46,014 nt of DNA from an uncultured Thermotogae bacterium. Its GTDB lineage: Bacteria; Bipolaricaulota; Bipolaricaulia; UBA7950; UBA9294. The position numbers and the translations under genes are program-made. Shown here in pieces: positions 39,071-46,014 of the stretch. Numbering within the stretch: position 1 is the stretch's first letter; each line of letters begins with the position of its first letter. The notes beneath the pieces are model-generated. The model searched no databases and was not told the DNA's origin. It worked only from the letters and a program-made list of their open reading frames with translations. The DNA lies in the NCBI GenBank assembly GCA_964582975.1, contig CAZOUO010000004.1:1-46014 (forward strand). Direction: 5' to 3'.

Positions 39071-39212
39071 TAATTGAGTGGCTCACCGGGATCAACGGAG
39101 GAAAGGCTGTTTTGGTTTTGATCGCGCTAGAGTTTGTTTTCGGCTTGATCAGTATTTCGCTTTGTCTGTAAAGAGTCTTAAATGTGCATTGATCACTTCG
39201 GCGATCGGGATC

Positions 39213-39270
39213 TGTACTAACCAGCACTTGATCTGACAGTCGTCTTTTCTGAGGTGGGCTGGCCGGGGAG
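39213..39270 (-). mobile_element. Solo IS481-type end
   Basis: TGTACTAACCAGCACTTGATCTGACA. Confidence 0.72.
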
Positions 39271-39282
39271 GATGCTCCATCG

Positions 39283-39825
39283 TGCTTTCCGAAAGATGTA
39301 CGGTTCCTGGAGTTTCTTTCGTCGCTTCATGGCTACAACTTCGAACTGCTGCGCGCTGTGGTCGACGTCAACAGCCGTTAACGTCTGCTGCCTATACAAG
39401 CGTTTCACGAAGAGTTCGGTTCGATAAAGGGTGTAAAGGTGGTGCTGCTTGGCCTTGCGTTCAAACCGAATACGGATGATGTAAGGGAAGCACCTGCTTT
39501 GGATGTCGCACGATTGCTGGTTGAGGATGGCGCTCACGTCAGTGCGTTCGACCCCAAGGCAATGCAGAATGCACGCCCTCTACTGCCCCCAGAGGTCGTT
39601 TTGTGTAACTCAGCACTGGAAGCACTTAAAGGCGCACACGCCGTGGTTCTGGCTACGGAATGGCAGGAGTTCTCTGAACTGCCCTGGGAGCGGGTAGCCG
39701 AAGTGATGGTCCCATCCCGGGTGATCTTTGATGGTCGCAACGTATTAGATGGACGCAGGCTCATGAAATTAGGTTTTCGCTATCGAGGTGTAGGCCGAAG
39801 TGGACCTCGGTGGAAGGGAGATTAG
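39283..39825 (+). pseudogene. 5'-truncated UDP-glucose/GDP-mannose dehydrogenase
   Basis: CFPKD..., in-frame TAA 39379-39381, GLAFKPNTDDVREAP, FDGRN. Confidence 0.9.
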
Positions 39826-39867
39826 TGAGTGGTGAGTAGTAATAAGTGGTAAATGGTGATGAGTGAC
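39823..39867 (+). repeat. Degenerate heptamer array TRGTRAR
   Basis: tagtgag tggtgag tagtaat (aag) tggtaaa tggtgat gagtgac, starting at the stop codon. Confidence 0.7.
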
Positions 39868-39980
39868 GTGCACGGTTGTCTTCCCATTCTATAGTAACTT
39901 GTAGATTCGTTAGGTTGAAAGTAGCCTAGGAGTCTTGCTACACGGATTTTTGCGGACCTTTACTGGAGGGGGAATGTCAC

Positions 39981-40208
39981 ATGCCCGAGAAGCGAGACCA
40001 GACTGAAGTAAAGATAGGGATCTCTATTGAAGAGTTGATATCTGCTGTCAACGAGCTGGATGAAGAGCGCAGGGAGTCCCTGATCGAGAATCTCCTAGCT
40101 GCCACGAGCCCCGATTACCTTCGCAGCATCGAAAAGGCAAGGATGGATTATGAGCAGGGTCGAGTCCTTTCCCATAATAAGGTATTCGGCAAAGTGAGAA
40201 AGAACTAG
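39981..40208 (+). CDS. Putative antitoxin
   Basis: 75 aa acidic protein ending SIEKARMDYEQGRVLSH..VF; precedes a RelE stub. Confidence 0.7.
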   Translation: MPEKRDQTEVKIGISIEELISAVNELDEERRESLIENLLAATSPDYLRSIEKARMDYEQGRVLSHNKVFGKVRKN

Positions 40209-40218
40209 AGGCAAGGCT

Positions 40219-40281
40219 TTGGAGTACGAGCTGGTATATACCAAGCGCGCGGCAAAGGATATCTCTGGATTGAGCGGTTGA
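40219..40281 (+). pseudogene. Truncated RelE/ParE toxin
   Basis: (M)EYELVYTKRAAKDISGL, then sequence switches into the next promoter. Confidence 0.65.
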
Positions 40282-40320
40282 CCATTGTTTTTCAATGGCA
40301 TATAATGGCCCTATTATGGC
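40278..40320 (+). promoter_or_regulatory. Promoter and operator of the vapBC-like pair
   Basis: TTGACC-17-TATAAT with inverted repeats CCATTG/CAATGG and ATAAT/ATTAT. Confidence 0.75.
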
Positions 40321-40338
40321 AGCAAGGAGGGCTGATCG

Positions 40339-40647
40339 ATGAAGTCCGTTGCGACACATATCACTATTCCTGAAGCGCTTCTTAAGGAGATGGATGAGCA
40401 AGCGCAGAAAGAACATCGCAACCGCTCGGAGTTACTACGCGAGGCCATCCGCCTCTATTTGGAGGAGCAGAGAAGAAAGAACATAGAAGAGCAGCGGCTG
40501 AAGCGACTCCTTCAGGGGCTTGAGGAGTCAGCAGGAAGCTGGAAGGATGAAGCTCATCCTGAGCTAAGGGAGCGTGGTGACGCCGCCCGGCTACGGAAGG
40601 ATCTCTGGGAGCATGATCAGAAAGGGATTGTACACTACAGTCGGTAG
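40339..40647 (+). CDS. Ribbon-helix-helix (CopG) antitoxin
   Basis: THITIPEALLKEMD..NRSELLREAI; AGSWKDE.HPEL tail. Confidence 0.85.
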   Translation: MKSVATHITIPEALLKEMDEQAQKEHRNRSELLREAIRLYLEEQRRKNIEEQRLKRLLQGLEESAGSWKDEAHPELRERGDAARLRKDLWEHDQKGIVHYSR

Positions 40648-40662
40648 GCTTGCAGAAGCGAT

Positions 40663-41073
40663 ATGGCGTATCTCATCGATAGCGATGTTCTGATCTGGCA
40701 CTTGCGGGGTCATGAACCAACGGTTCAGTTGCTGCGAACATTGGCTCAAGGAAGCCGGGAAGAAGAGGCAGTGTTGCCATTGGGGTGCTCGGTCATCTCT
40801 GTGTTTGAGGTGCGGGTGGGGATGCATCCGGAAGAAAAGGCGAGTACAGAGAGATTTCTAAGCGCGCTTGAAAGATATCCGGTTGGTGAGGTTATTGCGG
40901 AGAGAGCAGCCGATTATTACCGTGCTTTCGTGAAACAGGGAACTACCCTTCACATCGCCGATGTTATCATTGCCGCAACGGCGGCAGAATATGGACTGAC
41001 TTTGGTAACCTATAATCACGATCATTTCCCAATGGAGGACATCCGTCTCTATACGTCCATGCCGGAATTCTAG
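40663..41073 (+). CDS. vapC: VapC PIN-domain toxin
   Basis: YLIDSDVLI, E, DVIIAATA, LVTYN..HF. Confidence 0.9.
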   Translation: MAYLIDSDVLIWHLRGHEPTVQLLRTLAQGSREEEAVLPLGCSVISVFEVRVGMHPEEKASTERFLSALERYPVGEVIAERAADYYRAFVKQGTTLHIADVIIAATAAEYGLTLVTYNHDHFPMEDIRLYTSMPEF

Positions 41074-41137
41074 CGCCGAAAAGAGGGCAAATCGCTCTTC
41101 CGCACCGCTCTTTCGCACCGAAGTGGAGGCTCGCATT

Positions 41138-41222
41138 GGATTTTACAGGTGCGGGGAGGGCCTTCATTAGGTAGACTGTCTTCTTGACGGGGGTGTGGCT
41201 CCTGGGGTTCGCAGTCTCGAAC
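41138..41222 (+). repeat. Dispersed ~85 bp repeat, copy 1
   Basis: tttacaggtgcggggag..ttaggtagactgtcttcttgac..ggggtgtggctcc shared with 45122-45230. Confidence 0.85.
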
Positions 41223-41399
41223 TGCTCGGCTCTGAAATGCCGCCCCCGTCATCTGTGTCATCCAGGAACGTCTGCCGGGATGATGCCGAACGTGTGGCCT
41301 TTGTCTGTAGAGTTTTTCCAGTAGCAGTTCTTCTTGCCCGTTCATCAGGTGCTATAATGAGGTCAAGAGCATCTGTTCACTGTTTTTGGGGGGACGGGT

Positions 41400-41807
41400 A
41401 TGCCGAGTCGACATGCGGACTGGCTCAAACAGGCGAAGCGGGATCTCCGGCATGCACACCATGCTCTGGAGGACGGTGACTTTGAATGGACCTGTTTCGC
41501 GGCCCATCAGGCGGCAGAGAAGGCGGTGAAGGCCCTTTATCAAAGCCTGGGAGCGGAGGCTCAAGGGCATTCAATCCGTGCCTTCCTGGACCGTCTGCCT
41601 GACGCGCATTCTCTAGGGGAGAAATTGAAGAAGGCAGCCCGGGAGCTGGATAGGCATTATATCCCCTCTCGTTATCCGAACTCATACTCTGAAGGGGCGC
41701 CTTTTGAATACTATGCAGAAGAGGAGGCACGAGGAGCGATCGGGCATGCGGAGCGGATCATCCGATTCTGTGAGGATCATCTGGTTGGACCGAAAGGCGG
41801 TCCTTGA
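41400..41807 (+). CDS. HEPN domain protein
   Basis: WLKQA..DL, CFAAHQAAEKAVKA, GHS, YIPSRYPN; TGcTATAAT at 41350-41358. Confidence 0.9.
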   Translation: MPSRHADWLKQAKRDLRHAHHALEDGDFEWTCFAAHQAAEKAVKALYQSLGAEAQGHSIRAFLDRLPDAHSLGEKLKKAARELDRHYIPSRYPNSYSEGAPFEYYAEEEARGAIGHAERIIRFCEDHLVGPKGGP

Positions 41808-42120
41808 GCGTCTCCGGCGGGCGGTTAAGGAGCTAGCGGCTGCCCATCCCGAGGTTGAACGGGTCTTACTCTTCGGCTCGTTGGCCCGTGGGGACGCTGT
41901 TCCTGGGAGTGACGCCGATCTGCTCATTATCTTGACAGAATCCGGTTTGCGCTTTCTCGATCGGATTCCCCAGTACACGCCCTCAGGTTGTGACATTGGC
42001 GTAGAGGCCTTCCCTTACACTCGGAGAGAGATTGAGAAGATGCTCAGCGAAAACAATTACCTGATTAAGCGGGCCTTGGCCGAGGGGCTGGAGATTTTCG
42101 GGAGGGAAAGGGCAGAGTGA
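41746..42120 (+). CDS. Minimal nucleotidyltransferase (MNT)
   Basis: LLFGSLARGD..PGSDADLLII; start could be 41746 or 41770. Confidence 0.9.
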   Translation: MRSGSSDSVRIIWLDRKAVLERLRRAVKELAAAHPEVERVLLFGSLARGDAVPGSDADLLIILTESGLRFLDRIPQYTPSGCDIGVEAFPYTRREIEKMLSENNYLIKRALAEGLEIFGRERAE

Positions 42121-42210
42121 TCCGGGGGCTGGTCTTGGAGAGTGCCGTGAAAGCTGGAGGTATGTCGTTGATGACAGCCCAGGTTGCGCAGCAAGGCCGG
42201 CGACCGTACA

Positions 42211-43131
42211 TGTAGAAACCAACGTTTGATCTGACAATTACGCTTTCTGGAAAGGCTGTCCGGCTAAGCCGCAACTGCCAGACAGTCCTCCTCACTCATA
42301 TCCCAAATCTTCTCCTTTGCCAAGTCCAGGTTCTCCTCGAACGTCTCCATCGGCGTTCGCCCTCCACATCGCTTGCCTTGGTGGACACGCTCGGTGTTGT
42401 AGCGCTCCAGCCAGTGGTCAAGATCTTCTTGTAGCTCTTTGACGTCACGGTAGATCTTCTTCCGAAACGCTACCCGGTAGAACTCGTCCAAGATCGTCTT
42501 AATACTCCCACGTAGAATGTGTCCTTCATCTCCAAGATATCCAACGTGCTCCGTCTCAATCTCGCCTTGGGCGATCTTCTCTTCCTTGGCCTTCTCCATC
42601 GCTCGCAGCTGCGCTTCAGTCAGCACCTCACCACCGGTCTTGGCAACGTGCTCCTCCAGCCGTTGTAGCCGCTTGGCGAACGTCTCCAATCCATGCCGGA
42701 GCCACACACAGTGCGCTCCAGCCGGTGAGATGAACAGGCCGCGCTGACGGAGGGTCTCCGCCGCCCGTTTCTGCTCGAACGCCGGCTCCTGAGAGCGCAA
42801 AGGCTACTACCGCCTGTTCCACCTCCTCACTCACGCGATTCTTGATGTTGGGGGTGCGACGGCTCTTCTCCTTCAGCGCTTCCATGCCGCCGTTCTCGTA
42901 CGCCTTCTTCACCCGGTAAAACGTGTCCCGACTGTAGCCCATCACCCGGCGTGCCTCGGACACATTCTTCAAATATGCAGCCAAGTCGAGCAGATTCATC
43001 TTCGATTTGATAAGCTTCTCTGCGGTGGTCATGGTTTCGTTCTCCTTTCTGGTTATTTGGTTCCCGGAAAGGATACGCCGTGACCACCTCTTCCCAGAGT
43101 CACCCTGTCAGATCAAGTCGTGACTACTGCA
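42211..43131 (-). mobile_element. Internally deleted IS481-family element
   Basis: 26-bp inverted ends TGTAGAAACCAACGTTTGATCTGACA and (reverse strand) TGCAGTAGTCACGACTTGATCTGACA; no clear target duplication. Confidence 0.88.
42264..43032 (-). pseudogene. IS481 transposase, frameshifted and missing most of the integrase core
   Basis: NVSEA.RVMGYSRDTFYR HTH; shift ~42795; GYLG joins almost directly to KTILDEFYRVAFRKKIY..YN.ER.HQG. Confidence 0.88.
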
Positions 43132-43259
43132 TTTATACATAAAGCGCGACGTCAACGACGTTTGGAGTATTCCGCGAATCGGTGAACAAGCTCTTACTTT
43201 CTTGTACTTGCTAATGCTAGCCTTTGATGTTAATCTCACTTTGCGGATGGTGGTCAACA

Positions 43260-43481
43260 ATGCTTAAAACCTATGCGGCTAAGTTGGAAGAGCGGCAGAT
43301 CGAGTCTCTAAAGCGCCTTTCCAAGGAGACGAAGGTCCCTCAGGCGGAGCTTCTGCGCCAAGCGGTCGATCTTCTGCTGGAGCAGTGGCGGGGCGATCAG
43401 GAACGGTTAAAGTTTATCAAACGCCTCGATAAGCGCCTTGAGGAAGATAGGGAAGCAATGGAACGGCTTGCTAAGCTATGA
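43260..43481 (+). CDS. Ribbon-helix-helix antitoxin
   Basis: LKRLSKETKVPQAELLRQAVDLLL; ends MERLAK; ATGA overlap with doc. Confidence 0.82.
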   Translation: MLKTYAAKLEERQIESLKRLSKETKVPQAELLRQAVDLLLEQWRGDQERLKFIKRLDKRLEEDREAMERLAKL

Positions 43482-43882
43482 GATATCTTGAGGCCGATGA
43501 GGTGCTCCTAATCCATGAACGCATCTTGGATAAGTTTGGTGGAGCGGGAGGACTTCACGACTGGGGATTGCTTGATTCCGCGGTGAATCGTCCCCGTGCC
43601 ACCTTTGGGGAAGGGGAACTTTACCCGAACATCTTTGCCAAAGGAGCTGCATTGGGTCATTCCCTGACTCTCAATCATCCCTTTGTGGATGGTAATAAAC
43701 GGACCGCCTGGGAGGCGATGCATACCTTTATTGAGGAGAACGGATACTCACTCCAGGCGGAGGGTGATGAGATCATTGAACTGATGCTCAGAATCGAGGA
43801 TAAGAGCCTGGGAGTGGAGGAAATCACCCAATGGCTCAAGCAGCGATCTATCCCTGTGAGCGGTCCAGGCCCCGGGGTGTGA
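43478..43882 (+). CDS. doc: Doc/Fic family toxin
   Basis: LLDSAVNRP, HPFVDGNKRTA. Confidence 0.92.
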   Translation: MRYLEADEVLLIHERILDKFGGAGGLHDWGLLDSAVNRPRATFGEGELYPNIFAKGAALGHSLTLNHPFVDGNKRTAWEAMHTFIEENGYSLQAEGDEIIELMLRIEDKSLGVEEITQWLKQRSIPVSGPGPGV

Positions 43883-43929
43883 CATCGCGCCCGCACCTGT
43901 CGCTCACTAGATAAAGCTAGATAAAGTGG

Positions 43930-44248
43930 GGTCTTTACTTTCGTGGTGGATATTGCTCGGGGAACGGTCCTCGCACTGAAAGTAGGGTAGGAGATCATAA
44001 ACCTGGGAAACGATTGGCCTGTAGCCATTCTGCAGTTGATTGAGCCAGTCGAAGAATTGGTAGGGAGGAAAGCACGAATCGATCGGCGACCGGCCCACCC
44101 TGCCGATGTGCTGGCTATGTGGGCTTCCATCACGAAAGCTCGGGATCTCTTAGGTTGGCAGCCGACGATAAGTCTTGAAGAACGGCTTAAACGCACCGTC
44201 GATTGGTACCTGGAAAACCGCGAGTGGGCGAAGGAGATTCAGGTTTGA
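43930..44248 (+). pseudogene. 3' remnant of an NAD-dependent sugar epimerase/dehydratase
   Basis: FTFVVDIARG..(TAG)EIINLGN..HPADV..ITKARDLLGWQP..TVDWY. Confidence 0.85.
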
Positions 44249-44259
44249 GCAGCAAAAAG

Positions 44260-44280
44260 CGGTGAATTGTGAATGGTGGG
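44260..44280 (+). repeat. Short heptamer array
   Basis: cggtgaa ttgtgaa tggtggg. Confidence 0.5.
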
Positions 44281-44324
44281 AGGGAGTCCGAAGTCAAGGG
44301 CAAGGTGCGGATGCATACCATATT

Positions 44325-44353
44325 TTGACTTGGATTCAGCACTTTGCTAAACT
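44325..44353 (+). promoter_or_regulatory. Putative promoter of the TA pair
   Basis: TTGACT-17-TAAACT with extended TG. Confidence 0.6.
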
Positions 44354-44380
44354 AAGAAAAGTGGTTGGGGGCGGGAGGAG

Positions 44381-44680
44381 ATGCCTATGAAGCCTGAGGT
44401 GATCGATGAAATCAGGCGTTACGTGGAGATGGATCGCGAATCTCTGTTAGAGCGCGGAGTTGAAGCTCTCTTAAGGGAACGCAGGCGCAATTTGATGCTG
44501 GAAAGGCATCAGATCCTCTTCCGATACCACATCTCAAAGGCTGTCGAGCTGGAGGAGAGAATCCGATCCGGAGATATCGAGGAACATCCAGCTTGGGAAG
44601 ATCTCATCACGTTAGAGAACTTGGAGGATGCAATCCATAAGCTCGATGGATATCTTCGAAGCCTACAAGAGACAGCTTGA
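44381..44680 (+). CDS. Putative antitoxin (partner of the DUF6516/TumE-like gene)
   Basis: ELEERIRSGDIEEHPAWEDLI.LENLE; overlaps the toxin gene. Confidence 0.75.
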   Translation: MPMKPEVIDEIRRYVEMDRESLLERGVEALLRERRRNLMLERHQILFRYHISKAVELEERIRSGDIEEHPAWEDLITLENLEDAIHKLDGYLRSLQETA

Positions 44681-45041
44681 GCTCGCCAAAGAGCGGTTTA
44701 GCCATATTGTCGAGGATGGCAAAATCATCCATACACCGGGTGAATTGCCTCAAAAACTGAGGTTGAAGATCATCGACGATTCAGTAGTAGATGTCTTTCT
44801 TTCCGCAAGAGGTCGGTATTCTTATCACTGAGAAAGGCGGCATATCAACGGGACCATTTATCGGCATGACAATGCTCCTCACAAACGGTGGCAGCATATT
44901 AAGACTTTTCCCAAACATTTTCACAATGGCTCTGAAGCGGATGAAGATGGTAAAGAAAGTTACATTAAGGAGGATCCTCTAGAAGGTTTCGGGGGGTTCC
45001 TCAAATTTATCGATGGCAGACTGGCTGAGAGAAATCATTGA
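44646..45041 (+). pseudogene. DUF6516/TumE-like toxin with internal TGA
   Basis: RYSYH*ERRH..IYRHDNAPH..TFPKHFH; TGA 44829-44831, frame continues to 45041. Confidence 0.8.
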
Positions 45042-45078
45042 GTTGGTTCTTCCGGAAAAAAGGGGACAGGCTGCTTTT

Positions 45079-45099
45079 TGGTGAGCAGTGAATGGTAAA
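45079..45099 (+). repeat. Short heptamer array
   Basis: tggtgag cagtgaa tggtaaa (two units identical to units at 39830 and 39847). Confidence 0.6.
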
Positions 45100-45121
45100 T
45101 GAGTCTGGGTGCTCTACCATC

Positions 45122-45230
45122 GGATTTACAGGTGCGGGGAGCGCCCCTGTTAGGTAGACTGTCTTCTTGACCGGTCTGCCTGTGCGTCGCACGTAGACAG
45201 GGGTGTGGCTCCGGGGGTCGGAGTTTGAAT
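45122..45230 (+). repeat. Dispersed repeat, copy 2, carrying a ~27 bp palindromic insertion
   Basis: Matches 41138-41222 with extra cggtctgcctgtgcgtcgcacgtagac at ~45172-45198. Confidence 0.85.
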
Positions 45231-45340
45231 TGTGCACTAGAGTGCTAGTTTGTAGTGGGTGGATCTCGAATTTCTGCTGGACAGAAGGATCAGGGTTTAT
45301 TACCCAATCGAAAGAGCTTTGGGTAGAAGATAGGTAGAGA

Positions 45341-45369
45341 TTGCCTCGATCCCGGAGCTATCGCATAAT
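45341..45369 (+). promoter_or_regulatory. Putative promoter of the last TA pair
   Basis: TTGCCT-17-CATAAT. Confidence 0.5.
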
Positions 45370-45415
45370 AGAGTTTATCTGTCCTTTCTAGAGAGGCGGG
45401 ACAACAGGTGGACCG

Positions 45416-45631
45416 ATGAAAGTAAAGGACCTTTCGAGCGAGGAGCTGAAAGCATTGATCCACGAGGCGGTGGATGAAGCGCTACTCGAGTGGGTTGTCG
45501 ACCCAGATCAAGGGCTGGAGCTGCGGGAAGAAATACAGGAACGGCTCAGGCACTCCCTTGAGCGCATTCGAACGGAAGAACGGGGCATACCGGCGGAAGA
45601 GGTGGCTAAGAGGGCTGGGTTGAGTTGGTGA
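45416..45631 (+). CDS. Putative antitoxin
   Basis: MKVKDLS.EELKALI, DPDQGLELR, IPAEEVAKR.GL; GTGA overlap with relE. Confidence 0.8.
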   Translation: MKVKDLSSEELKALIHEAVDEALLEWVVDPDQGLELREEIQERLRHSLERIRTEERGIPAEEVAKRAGLSW

Positions 45632-45885
45632 CGGCTTACCAGGTAGAGTTCCTTCCCCAGGCTGCCGGCGAACTCGCCGCGCTGGACAAGGCGGTTGCGC
45701 TGCGTGTCCTGAAGAAGCTGAAGTGGTTGGCTGATGACTTTGAGGATTAAATTCCAGAGCCTGTGGGTGGCGAGCTGAAAGAACTGTTCAAGCTTCGTGT
45801 CGGGAGCTACAGAGTATTTTATTCATTCGATCGGGAGGAACGCATTCTGGCCATCCATCCTATAGGACATCGGAAGGATGTCTAA
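45628..45885 (+). pseudogene. relE: RelE/StbE toxin with nonsense mutation
   Basis: YQVEFLPQA..L..LD, FKLRVGSYRVFY, IGHRKDV; TAA at 45748-45750. Confidence 0.88.
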
Positions 45886-45907
45886 AACGGTCATAAATCC
45901 TTAGGGC

Positions 45908-45965
45908 TGTAGTGACTAACACTTGCTCTGACAGTTGTCCTTTTCGGGGCTGAATATCCGACTAG
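45908..45965 (-). mobile_element. Solo IS481-type end
   Basis: TGTAGTGACTAACACTTGCTCTGACAGTTGTCCTTTTCGGGGC, close to the copy at 36726. Confidence 0.78.
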
Positions 45966-46014
45966 TGTCACGTCTGGTTAATCTCTTGACAATGGATGCG
46001 GATCGTGCTACGGT

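Noticed and set aside
41093-41118. 13-bp tandem repeat cgctctt(c/t)cgcac x2 after vapC
   Set aside because: Only two units; probably a local slippage duplication
44829-44831. In-frame TGA as evidence for recoding (Trp/Sec) or an alternative genetic code
   Set aside because: Many intact genes end in TGA, and other pseudogenes are broken by TAA/TAG; simple TGG-to-TGA decay is more likely
36726-45965. True integron with attC sites
   Set aside because: No tyrosine integrase and no RYYYAAC/GTTRRRY-bounded palindromes recognised; the repeats match IS481 ends instead

Overview
Bacterial window with nearly all genes on the + strand. The lineage cannot be proven from sequence; the protein style is reminiscent of Candidatus Bipolaricaulota, which is an unverified impression. 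It has four parts. (1) Two secreted proteases (papain-like C1A and subtilase S8) end in the same ~160-aa phage-tailspike-chaperone-like domain, which recurs on a third, fibre-like protein. (2) A winged-helix regulator fused to an MNT domain, plus a HEPN gene, sits behind a consensus sigma70 promoter. (3) A ~30 kb mosaic surface-glycan locus contains a WbpA/B/D/E-like diacetamido-uronate pathway, Wzy/Wzx, glycosyl- and methyltransferases, a GtrB/SMR/YfhO-like module, a TPP-dependent E1 alpha/beta pair, a CapD/PglF-like gene, decayed duplicates and an IS5. (4) A ~9 kb tail holds 7 toxin-antitoxin-like pairs, sugar-gene stumps, an IS630, a degenerate IS481 and three extra co-oriented IS481 ends. 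The most striking unexplained signal is a family of degenerate 7-nt tandem arrays (NNNNNAC or its reverse complement). They flank a four-helix-bundle gene in inverted orientation, form in-frame loop insertions in the neighbouring aminotransferase, occupy the variable loop of both protease tails, and mark junctions in the TA region.
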